Source: Candidatus Sericytochromatia bacterium (GTDB lineage Bacteria; Cyanobacteriota; Sericytochromatia; S15B-MN24; VGJW01). From it: DNA of 64,000 nucleotides. The notes below the pieces were generated by a model that was not told the DNA's origin, ran no database searches, and saw nothing but the letters and a program-made list of their open reading frames with translations. A program made the translations under genes and the position numbers. Positions 53,523 to 61,413 of the stretch are shown here, one piece after another (the stretch's first letter is position 1; every line of letters begins with the position of its first letter). The stretch spans positions 7,096 through 71,095 of the forward strand of contig JAYKIS010000086.1 of NCBI GenBank assembly GCA_035286125.1. The letters are read 5' to 3'.

Positions 53523-54377
53523 TCAGTCCAGGCTGGACAGGAGCGCCCGGACCAGTTGCTTCATGCGGTCGGCCGTGGCGGCGACCGTGTCGAGAACCTG
53601 TTGCTCGGTCGCGTGATGCTGGGCATCGGGCAGGGCCATGTCGCTGATCAATCCCAGGCCCAGCACGCGGAGGCCCGCGTGAACGGCCGTGATGACCTCG
53701 GCTACTGTCGACATCCCGATGGCATCTGCCCCGATCGTCTGCAGGTAGCGCAGTTCCGCGCGCGTGAAATAGGCCGGGCCGGTGATGCCAGCATAAACGC
53801 CTTCCTGCAACGAGAAGCCGAGAGAGAGAGCCGCCATCACCGCCTTGGCGCGCAGCATCGGTTCGTAGGCCTCGAACATCACGGGGAAGCGGGGGCCGAT
53901 ATCCGGATCATTGGGGCCGATCAGGGGGTTGCCACCCGTAAGGTTGAGGTGGTCCGTGATGACCATGATGTCGCCGGCCGAAAAGGCCCGGTTGAGGCCG
54001 CCCGTCGCGCATGTCACGATCAGTTCCTTGACCCCGAGCGCCGCGAACACGCGGACGGGAAAGGCGACCTGCTGCTGGCTGTAGCCCTCGTAGGTATGGA
54101 AGCGGCCCTGCATCATCAGGACGTCCTGACCCTGCAGGCGACCGGCGACGAGGCGTCCGGCGTGGCCGGGGGCCGTCGAGACGGGGAAGCCGGGGATCTC
54201 GCCATAGGGGATGACGATGGGGTTCTCCACCTCGTCGGCCAGGGGCCCGAGCCCGGAACCCAGGATCATCGCGATGCGGGGCGTGCCGACACCCTTGTCC
54301 CGAAGGCACGCGACGGCCTCGGCAATGGCGGCGCGTTGCTGCGCGATGGCGGGATTCAAGGTCGCGGTTGCGGACAT
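53523..54377 (-). CDS. punA: purine nucleoside phosphorylase (PunA/PNP family 2)
   Basis: Trimmed to ATG 54377 (SD GAGG). ILGSGLG, GHAGRLVAGRLQGQDVLMMQGRFHTYEGY, GMSTVAEV. Confidence 0.9.
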   Translation of the reverse strand: MSATATLNPAIAQQRAAIAEAVACLRDKGVGTPRIAMILGSGLGPLADEVENPIVIPYGEIPGFPVSTAPGHAGRLVAGRLQGQDVLMMQGRFHTYEGYSQQQVAFPVRVFAALGVKELIVTCATGGLNRAFSAGDIMVITDHLNLTGGNPLIGPNDPDIGPRFPVMFEAYEPMLRAKAVMAALSLGFSLQEGVYAGITGPAYFTRAELRYLQTIGADAIGMSTVAEVITAVHAGLRVLGLGLISDMALPDAQHHATEQQVLDTVAATADRMKQLVRALLSSLD

Positions 54378-54401
54378 GACGAGCCTCAACGTCGGAGTGA
54401 G

Positions 54402-54491
54402 CGGGGAGACGGGGATTCGAACCCCGGAGACGACTTTTGGCCGCCTACAGTCTTTCCAGGACTGCCTGTTCAACCACTCCAGCATCTCCCC
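54402..54491 (-). tRNA. tRNA-Ser (GGA)
   Basis: Minus strand GGGGAGA TG CTGG AGTGGTTGAA CAG G CAGTC CTGGAAA GACTG TAGGCGGCCAAAAGTCGTCTC CGGGG TTCGAAT CCCCG TCTCCCC G. Long variable arm, discriminator G, anticodon GGA. Confidence 0.9.
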
Positions 54492-54502
54492 TGGAGCAGA
54501 AC

Positions 54503-54550
54503 GGCCACGCGGCCGTCCAGAAAGGGAATTCTGGGGTGGACCGCGTGGCC
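54503..54550 (-). terminator. long stem-loop downstream of flagellin
   Basis: GGCCACGCGG ... CCAGAA ttccct TTCTGG ... CCGCGTGGCC on the minus strand: a 10-bp outer plus 6-bp inner stem. No U-tract, so it may be a terminator or a 3' stabiliser. Confidence 0.5.
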
Positions 54551-54566
54551 TGTCAAGCCGGGGAGG

Positions 54567-55394
54567 CTAGCTTCCCCGGATCATCCGCAGTATGCCGTCG
54601 TTCCCTGAGTTGGCCTGGGTCAACATGGCGCGTGCAGATTCCTGAAACAACTGGGCACGCAGCATGCGTGTGCTCTCCTGCGCGAGATCCGCATCGCGGA
54701 TGCGCGAGACCGACGCATTCAGGTTCTCCGACTCGACACTCAAGGCCGAGGCCGTGAACTCGAGACGATTGATGCGCGCGCCGACCTTGCTGCGAGAGGT
54801 TGCAAGCTCGTCGATGGCCGCGTCAATCTTGCCGAGCGTGGTTGATGCGTTGGCTGCCGTGCTCACGACGAGATCGCCCGGCTCGACGTCGAGGCTTGCC
54901 GCCCTAACGTCGTCAAGGGTCACGCTGGTGGTCGCCGAGGCGTCCGCACCTATCTGAAACGTGAACGATGCACTGCCGTCCAGCAGGACCCTGCCGTTGT
55001 AACTCGTCTGGTTGCCGATACGATCCAACTCGGCCGAGAGAAGGTCGAGTTCCGTCTTGACGGCCGTACGGTCGGATGAGGACATCGTGTCGCTCGCTGC
55101 TGCGACTGTCAGTTCGCGCATCCGGATGAGCACGTCCGCCGTGGATTCCATGGCTCCGTCCGCCGTGGCGAGCAACGAAGCAGCCTCGCCGACATTCTGC
55201 GAGGCGCGGTCGATGCTCACGACCCGCCCCCTCATCCGAGTCGAGATGGAAGCGCCAGCGGGATCATCCGCCGCGGAGTTGATGCGCAGGCCGCTCGCGA
55301 GCCTCTGGATAGAGCGGTTGAGATTGCTTTCCGCGCTGACCAGGCTGCGGATCAGGCCCCGAGACGGGGGCTGTACGGGAAATTCGATAGGCAT
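54567..55394 (-). CDS. fliC: flagellin
   Basis: Trimmed to ATG 55394 (SD AAGGAGG). LASGLRINSAADDPAGASIS N-terminal signature and C-terminal SRIRDADLAQESTRMLRAQLFQESARAMLTQAN. Short (275 aa), with an atypical Pro-rich first 12 residues. Confidence 0.9.
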   Translation of the reverse strand: MPIEFPVQPPSRGLIRSLVSAESNLNRSIQRLASGLRINSAADDPAGASISTRMRGRVVSIDRASQNVGEAASLLATADGAMESTADVLIRMRELTVAAASDTMSSSDRTAVKTELDLLSAELDRIGNQTSYNGRVLLDGSASFTFQIGADASATTSVTLDDVRAASLDVEPGDLVVSTAANASTTLGKIDAAIDELATSRSKVGARINRLEFTASALSVESENLNASVSRIRDADLAQESTRMLRAQLFQESARAMLTQANSGNDGILRMIRGS

Positions 55395-55398
55395 GGGA

Positions 55399-55435
55399 CC
55401 TCCTTGCTGGGACACATCCCGCCATCCATGGCGGG
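55399..55435 (-). promoter_or_regulatory. candidate dual CsrA-binding sites in the flagellin 5' leader
   Basis: Minus strand CCCGCCA UGGA UGGCGGG hairpin presents GGA in its loop (CAUGGAUGG versus consensus CARGGAUGU). A second site, CAAGGAGGU, overlaps the SD 24 nt downstream. Confidence 0.35.
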
Positions 55436-56062
55436 ACCAGGGAAACCGATCCCCGGTCAGGGATCGTGCGACACGATCGGGGTCGTGTCGTGGCTTCGGC
55501 TTCGGGGCCTGAACTCCCCGATTCCAAGCTTATGTTACCCGACAATTGCAGCGACTTGCGTGGCGATGCCGGCTCCGGGCATCTCATGGCGTGATTTTTC
55601 GAACATAACGCTTCAAGAGGGGGCCTGGTCGACCGACTAGTCCCATGTCGCCCCGCCAAGGGGAAGACGAAATGGCGAGGCCCCTGCACCGCTCGGACCT
55701 CCGTCATCCGACAATCCACCGTGCACCGGACTGGGACCCGGGCGCGGGACTGGCGTGAACGCAAGGCTTCTTCTGGCTAAGCTGGGTCCGAAGGGCGTCG
55801 CAAACAGTGTTCACAAGGTGGCGCCGACCTGAACCGGCACCGGGTTGATGGATGGGGGAACCGGCGGGCAGGTGCCTCGTCCGATTGCTTTGGGGGGGCG
55901 TGCGGGGCTTGCCCTGTTGCCGCCCGCACCAGGCGGAGGGGGCGGCCTGATTCAGGCATTCTGCCGGACCGCGCTCCCTTCATGCCTCCCGGAGCCGGAA
56001 ACTGCGAGAGCCGGCACGGCGCCCCACGGGGCGCTGTGCCGGCTCTTGGCCGTCGCGTGGGC

Positions 56063-58477
56063 TCAGGACGCGGATGCAGCCGTCGTGGCCGCTGCCCGAG
56101 CCAGTTGGCGCATCTTGATGAGCATCCTGCGCGCCGTGGTCAGAGTCGGGTCCAGGCGGATGCACTCCTGGAGCAACTCGACCCCGTCCTCGAAAAGGTT
56201 CCTGGTGAGGCATATCCGGGCGAGGTGCAGGTACGCCGTCGCGTCCTCGGGGTGAGCTTCCCTGTGTGCCAGCAGGAGGGCGAGGGCTGGATCCTCGAAC
56301 CCTGCGCCCATGAGTACGACGGCCAGATCACGCCCCAGGCCGGGAAGGCGGACCTCGTGGCTTTCCTGCGCGTCGAGCAGTTTCATGATGGCGTCCGTCT
56401 GGCCGTGGGCCAGCAGGGTGCGCAGCAACCCTTGCCACTGGGCACGGATTTCCTGCTGGCTGAAGCCCGTATCCATCAAGGCTTCCGGCGCGATGGCCTC
56501 ACCGGCACAACACCGCAGCACGTGGGCCGTCGCCAGCCAGGCCTTGCGGGTATCCGCCACCTCGACGGCATTCGCGGCATCGGCCAGAATCCGCCCCGCG
56601 TCGGTATCACCACGCAGCAACCTTGCCACTGACAGGCTGATGCCTGCCCGGCGGTCATCCGACCTCCGGGTCAGAAGGTCTTCAAATGCGTCCACAGCCT
56701 CGTGGATGGCCCCGCTCCGAAGCAGCAGGTCCGCCCTTTCGTGCTGCAGGTCGGCCAGGCCCGGGTGATGGCGCAGTGCTTGGTCATACAGGGCCAGGGT
56801 CTCGGCGACATGGCCCTGCTTGGCCACGTGCTGTCCCAGCACGAGCCAGGCCTTGGCTTCCTCGGGATGTTCCGAGATGACGCGCGACAGGCGCGCCGTG
56901 GCCTCTGTTTCGAGGCCTTCGGCCAGTTCGACCAGGGCGAGGTTGACTTCCGTGGCCGGGTCTGGCTTGGGCGATGTCTCGAGGGCCCGCCCGAAGACCC
57001 GACGCGCTTCCTGCAGGCGTCCCTTGCGTGCCAGACAGATGCCTCGCGCCGCATCGTTCAGGTAGCTGAACACGCCAAGATCGGTACCGCCCGCGAATGG
57101 TGTGTCCGAGAGAGCCATGACGCGGTCCAGCAGGTCGAGGCTGGCATCAGCGTCGCCTGCGAGCAGGCGCAGAACGGCCAGTTGGTGCAGCAGGTTGGCG
57201 GCGTCCGGGAAGATGGTGGCTGCGCGCTCGGCCCAGTCGGTCGCCTCGGCTATCCGGCCGGTTTCCTTCAACAGGATGACCAGTCCGTACAGCAACGGGG
57301 CGTGGTAGGGGGCCTGGCTCTGTGGATCCGTGGCATGCAGGAGTTCGATGGCAAGGCGATAGTGTCTTTCGGCCTCGTCGATGTGGCCCATGCGCTTGAA
57401 CTGCTGTCCCAGGTTGAACTGGTTGTAGGCTTGCGGCTCCGGTAGTTCGCTTTCCTGCTGCAGAAGCAGGTCGAGGTTCCGCTGGTCCTTCTGGCGCCGC
57501 GCCATCATGTCGTCCGTATAACCCTTGTGCGTCAGTTGGACCGGCACGGTACCAATCCTGATGCCGGCGGCGTGGGCCGCGGGCAGGACCTGCTCATGGA
57601 CCCGACCCGAATAGCGGATCTCGGGGACGTTGCGGAACAGGCGGACGATGGTCGCGCGCTGGATTTCCTTTCCGGCGCCCAACGCATTGTCGATCACGAG
57701 CCCGAAGGCACCGTAGTCCTTGCGGCGAAGCGTCTCGCGCAACATCGGGCCGGACCCCGGGGCCAGTTCCTCGTCGGCATCCAGCACGAGCACCCAGTCG
57801 CCGGTCGCCATGTCCAGAGCCTTGTTGCGCGCCTCCGCGAAGTCTCCCGTCCAGGGGTGGTGGCCGATCCGGGCACCGTGCGCCTCGGCAATCGCCAGGG
57901 TCCCGTCCGTCGAGCCCGTATCGACAATGCAAATCTCGTCGACGTACCCCCTGACACTGTTGAGGCAAGCATCCAGAACCTCTTCCTCGTTCTTGACAAT
58001 CATGCACAACGAAAGCCGGGGTGGCCGCTGGTCCAGCAGTGTCCGGATGGTGTCAAGTTCGGCCGGTTCATCGGCATATCCTTGGTCCCGTTCAGTGGCC
58101 GCGCAGGCAAGCAGGTTGCCCCGGGCTCCCGGGTGATCCGACTGAAGTGCAAGCGTACGCCTGAAAGCCATGGCGGCCGTGCGCGTCCAGCCCAGTTCGA
58201 AGAGAATGACACCGAGGACGTTGCACGTATCCGCTTGATCGGCATCGAGACGCAGCGCCTCCCGTGCGGCCAGCAGCGCCCTGTCGAGTGCCCCCTCCTC
58301 GGCCAGCAGTGCTGCGAGGTGCCGGTAGGAAACAGCATCGTCCGGACGCATCTCGAGGAGATCCAGAAAACGCGCGATTGCCCCGCCGCGATCGCCGCGA
58401 TCTACGGCAGCGTAGGCCTCGGCCTGGAGCATGGCCGGTGTGCGGACTTGCTGGACTTTCGCGATTCGCAGCGCCAT
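56063..58477 (-). CDS. family-2 glycosyltransferase flanked by N- and C-terminal TPR repeats
   Basis: Trimmed to ATG 58477 (SD GGAAGGAGAG). GT2 core LSLCMIVKNEEEVLDACLNSVRGYVDEICIVDTGSTDGT...VLVLDADEEL (DxD). Extensive TPR units on both sides. Directly upstream of flagellin on the same strand. Confidence 0.8.
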   Translation of the reverse strand: MALRIAKVQQVRTPAMLQAEAYAAVDRGDRGGAIARFLDLLEMRPDDAVSYRHLAALLAEEGALDRALLAAREALRLDADQADTCNVLGVILFELGWTRTAAMAFRRTLALQSDHPGARGNLLACAATERDQGYADEPAELDTIRTLLDQRPPRLSLCMIVKNEEEVLDACLNSVRGYVDEICIVDTGSTDGTLAIAEAHGARIGHHPWTGDFAEARNKALDMATGDWVLVLDADEELAPGSGPMLRETLRRKDYGAFGLVIDNALGAGKEIQRATIVRLFRNVPEIRYSGRVHEQVLPAAHAAGIRIGTVPVQLTHKGYTDDMMARRQKDQRNLDLLLQQESELPEPQAYNQFNLGQQFKRMGHIDEAERHYRLAIELLHATDPQSQAPYHAPLLYGLVILLKETGRIAEATDWAERAATIFPDAANLLHQLAVLRLLAGDADASLDLLDRVMALSDTPFAGGTDLGVFSYLNDAARGICLARKGRLQEARRVFGRALETSPKPDPATEVNLALVELAEGLETEATARLSRVISEHPEEAKAWLVLGQHVAKQGHVAETLALYDQALRHHPGLADLQHERADLLLRSGAIHEAVDAFEDLLTRRSDDRRAGISLSVARLLRGDTDAGRILADAANAVEVADTRKAWLATAHVLRCCAGEAIAPEALMDTGFSQQEIRAQWQGLLRTLLAHGQTDAIMKLLDAQESHEVRLPGLGRDLAVVLMGAGFEDPALALLLAHREAHPEDATAYLHLARICLTRNLFEDGVELLQECIRLDPTLTTARRMLIKMRQLARAAATTAASAS

Positions 58478-58786
58478 GAATGCTCTCCTTCCGGGACGAC
58501 CCCTTATGTCATCTATGTCGGATGGACTGAGCCGGACTTGAGGCCGGAGCGCCCGCACCTTGTATCGCCTCCGGGCCCGTGATACAGTCCCCCTCGGACG
58601 CGGGGGGCCCTCGGTCCCGGGCCCGTGCTTGGGCTACAATCTCCAAAAAGGGAGCCCGACAGCTTCGGCGAACCGACGTAGACCGTCCACGCAGGCGGAA
58701 ACGGACGTTCACCGGGAGGGCACCCACCTGCTTCGTGCAGGTTCAAGCACCCCCGGCCCCCTGGGTCCCCCGCGCGCCACCTTTGG

Positions 58787-59251
58787 ATGCCCATGCATGA
58801 TGTTCGCCTGACGTTGGCCGACGCCGCGGCCACGCAGGTCCTCGGCGAGGCTCTGGGGCGCGCTTCGCTCCCCGCTGACATCCTGTGGCTGGAGGGTGAT
58901 CTCGGTGCGGGCAAGACCACGCTCGTGCAGGGACTGGGACGTGCGCTTGACGTGCCGGGCGCGGTGACGAGCCCGACCTTTGCCCTGGTCCAGGAGCACG
59001 AGGGGCGACTTCTCTTGCGCCACATCGACCTTTACCGTCTCGATCCGGAAGAGGTGCCGCCGCTGGGGCCATGGGAGTGGTTCGAGGACAAGGCCGTGGT
59101 CGTCGTCGAATGGCCGGACCGACTGCCGGAGGCGTTCACGCCGGACGTTTCTGTCAGTCTCGTCATCGAAGGGGACGCAAGGGCAGTCCGCTTGCGGACA
59201 CGTTCGCCGCGCGGCTCCGCATGGCTGCGCGAGGCAGGGCTGCTCTCTTGA
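58787..59251 (+). CDS. tsaE: tRNA t6A37 biosynthesis ATPase TsaE
   Basis: LWLEGDLGAGKTTLVQGL P-loop, SPTFALV, HIDLYRL. Confidence 0.9.
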   Translation: MPMHDVRLTLADAAATQVLGEALGRASLPADILWLEGDLGAGKTTLVQGLGRALDVPGAVTSPTFALVQEHEGRLLLRHIDLYRLDPEEVPPLGPWEWFEDKAVVVVEWPDRLPEAFTPDVSVSLVIEGDARAVRLRTRSPRGSAWLREAGLLS

Positions 59252-59943
59252 ACGTCCTCGCCATCAACACGGCGACCGATGCCATGGGTGTCGCCCTTGC
59301 CGGTCCCGAAGGATGCCATGAGTGGACCACGCCTCCTCAGGCTGCCGGCCGCGGGCACTCCGAAGCCCTCGTGCCGATGTTGGAGCGCCTGCTCGCCCAG
59401 GCCGGCCGGGCGGTCACGGAGATTGAAGGCGTGGCGGTGGTCTCCGGTCCGGGCGGTTTCACGGGCGTCCGTGCCGGCGTCGTCTTCGCCAAGGCATTTG
59501 CCCACGCCCGCGGCTTGCCCGTCGCAGGTGTCGATGCGCTCGAGGCGCTGGCTCACTCGGTGGCGGCGCATGGGCGTGTCGTGGCGATGCTGGATGCGCG
59601 GCGCGGGATGGTCTTCAGTGGGGTGTGGCAGTTCTCGGCGGCAGGTGCCACGCTCTTGCGGCCCGCCTGCCTTGAATCGCTGGATGACCTGCTCGAGGCC
59701 CTCGAGCCCGGTGATACGACGTTCGTCGGCGAGGGGGCCTGTGTGCATCGGCAGCGCCTGGAGGCCAGGGCCGATGCGCGGGTGCCGCCGGACCTGCTCC
59801 ATGTGCTGCGCCCCGCCATCGTGGCCGATCTCGCCCTGCCGGCGCTAAGACGGGGAGGGGAGGCGCCGGGTGCCCTGCTGCCGCGCTACCTTCGGGAGCC
59901 AGCGATGGCCCGCGAGGTCGCGCGGGAGGGGGGGGGGCCTTGA
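59248..59943 (+). CDS. tsaB: tRNA t6A37 biosynthesis protein TsaB
   Basis: TTG 59248 overlapping the tsaE stop (TTGA) gives MNVLAINTATDAMGVALAG. SGPGGFTGVRAGVVFAKAFA. An alternative in-frame ATG lies at 59221. Confidence 0.8.
   Translation: MNVLAINTATDAMGVALAGPEGCHEWTTPPQAAGRGHSEALVPMLERLLAQAGRAVTEIEGVAVVSGPGGFTGVRAGVVFAKAFAHARGLPVAGVDALEALAHSVAAHGRVVAMLDARRGMVFSGVWQFSAAGATLLRPACLESLDDLLEALEPGDTTFVGEGACVHRQRLEARADARVPPDLLHVLRPAIVADLALPALRRGGEAPGALLPRYLREPAMAREVAREGGGP
59928..59937 (+). repeat. homopolymeric G10 tract at the tsaB 3' end
   Basis: Read directly: gag ggg ggg ggg cct tga. It ends 3 nt before the tsaB stop and rimI TTG. Confidence 0.95.
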
Positions 59944-60455
59944 CGCGCCGCGCGCCGCGCCGGGGCTCCCTGCGCCCCATGGCTTATGCCGACATTCCCG
60001 CGCTCCTGCCCATCGAAGCCCTGTGCTTCGGGGATCACTGGACCGTGCAGTCCTTTCGGGACGAGCTGGACCAGGCTTGCAGCACCTACCTCGTGCTCGA
60101 GCTTGACGGGGTCATCGTCGGGTACGCAGGGTTCTGGCTGATTCTCGAGGAGGCGCATGTCACCACGGTTGCCGTCCACCCGGACCAGCAGGGTCAGGGC
60201 CTGGGCGAACAGCTGCTGATCGGCCTGATCGATGCGGCGCTCGAGCGGGGGGCGCGCTGGATGACGCTTGAAGTCCGGGTCTCGAACACCGGAGCGCAGG
60301 CCCTCTACAAAAAGTATGGATTCGAGTCGCTGGGGCGTCGTCGTGGGTATTACCAGAATGATGGTGAAGATGCCCTCGTCATGTGGACCGAACACATGGG
60401 CTCGCCCGAGTATCAGGAGCGACTGGCCCTGCTGAGAGCCCCCTTCGCGCCCTGA
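59940..60455 (+). CDS. rimI: ribosomal-protein-alanine N-acetyltransferase RimI (GNAT)
   Basis: VAVHPDQQGQGLGEQLL acetyl-CoA motif, ALYKKYGF. tsaE-tsaB-rimI order. The start is TTG 59940 (TTGA overlap) or ATG 59979. Confidence 0.85.
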   Translation: MTRRAPRRGSLRPMAYADIPALLPIEALCFGDHWTVQSFRDELDQACSTYLVLELDGVIVGYAGFWLILEEAHVTTVAVHPDQQGQGLGEQLLIGLIDAALERGARWMTLEVRVSNTGAQALYKKYGFESLGRRRGYYQNDGEDALVMWTEHMGSPEYQERLALLRAPFAP

Positions 60456-60501
60456 AGGCCATCCCCTGAGCCTGGCTGCCCTCCTCGGGTCCGCTGCCCT
60501 C

Positions 60502-61377
60502 GTGGTTGCGGATCTCCTGTTCGTGGTTCTGTTGGCAGGATGGCTTGCCGCAAGGCCGGGGCGCCTGCATGCCATCTGCCGCTGGTTGCCCCACCGTGTC
60601 AGCCGCTTTCTCGCCGAGGGTAGCGAAGTTCTGTCGGGCGCGATTACGGGGGCACTCCACGCCGCCACTGCCGCCCAGCGCCAGATCGTGCACAACGCGA
60701 TGGGCTTCACGGGCAAGACCGTCGGTGCCCTCATGGTGCCTCGCCCGGACATGGTCTGCGTGGCGGCCGATACGCCCGTGGCACAGGTCTTCAGGACCTT
60801 CGGCACGAGCGCGCACAACCGAATCCCGGTGCATGAGGGCGACCTGGACAAGATCATCGGCTTTCTCCACGCCAAGGACCTGATGCGGGTCGCCGGCGGT
60901 CCGCTCGAGGGTCTGGTGGCCCGCGACCTGATCCGGCCGATCCTTGCCGTTCCGGTCAACAAGCCCGTGCACCAGATGCTCCACGAGTTCCAGACGACGC
61001 GGACGCACCTGGCCATCGTGCTCGACGAGTTTGGCGGAACGGCCGGCATGGTCACGATCAATGACCTGCTCGAGCAATTGGCCGGCGAGGTCCACGATGA
61101 GCTTCGGCCGGGGTTGCCGGACTTCGCCCGGGATGGCGATGGTGCCTGGTCTGTCCGTGGCCTGGTGTCGATCGTGGAGGTCAACCACCGTCTGGGTCTG
61201 GATCTCCCCTGTGAGGACTACAACACCCTGGCCGGTCTGGTCTTCGGTGTGCTGGGCCGGACACCCGAGCCGGGTGACGAAGTGCAGCTGTCTCCGGACG
61301 ACAGTGTCCGATGTCGGGTCCTGGCGACGAATGGCCGCCGGGCCACCTTGCTGCGCCTTTCTTCTCCGCGGGCCTGA
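60502..61377 (+). CDS. CBS-pair plus CorC_HlyC domain protein (CorC/TlyC family), with a reduced N-terminal membrane region
   Basis: ALMVPRPDMVCV...RIPVHEGDLDKIIGFLHAKDL...HLAIVLDEFGGTAGMVTINDLLEQLAGEV...WSVRGLVSIVEVNHRLGLDLPCEDYNTLAGLVFGVLGRTPEPGDEV. The start is uncertain, since the frame is open upstream of GTG 60502. Confidence 0.8.
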   Translation: MVADLLFVVLLAGWLAARPGRLHAICRWLPHRVSRFLAEGSEVLSGAITGALHAATAAQRQIVHNAMGFTGKTVGALMVPRPDMVCVAADTPVAQVFRTFGTSAHNRIPVHEGDLDKIIGFLHAKDLMRVAGGPLEGLVARDLIRPILAVPVNKPVHQMLHEFQTTRTHLAIVLDEFGGTAGMVTINDLLEQLAGEVHDELRPGLPDFARDGDGAWSVRGLVSIVEVNHRLGLDLPCEDYNTLAGLVFGVLGRTPEPGDEVQLSPDDSVRCRVLATNGRRATLLRLSSPRA

Positions 61378-61395
61378 CTCTGGCCCAAAGCAAAA

Positions 61396-61413
61396 GGCCG
61401 CCTTGCGGCGGCC
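61396..61413 (-). terminator. rho-independent terminator oriented for the minus strand
   Basis: Minus strand GGCCGCC GCAA GGCGGCC followed by UUUUGCUUUGG: a 7-bp GC stem with a GNRA loop and a U-run. Confidence 0.65.

Noticed and set aside
55440-56062. Sigma-28 (TAAA-N15-GCCGATAA) or sigma-70 promoter for flagellin, and small ORFs 55777-55983(-) and 55404-55640(+)
   Set aside because: I found no match better than 3-4 of 6 per hexamer, and the GCCGAAGCC near 55492-55500 lacks a properly spaced -35. The small ORFs are R/P-rich with no SD. The region is left unannotated apart from the CsrA-like sites.
58680-58720. CACGCAGGCGGAAACGGACG resembling the start of a c-di-GMP-I (GEMM) riboswitch
   Set aside because: It lacks the second conserved half (GACGCAAAGCC...CGGG) and the tetraloop-receptor arrangement. 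The downstream gene (tsaE) is an implausible target.
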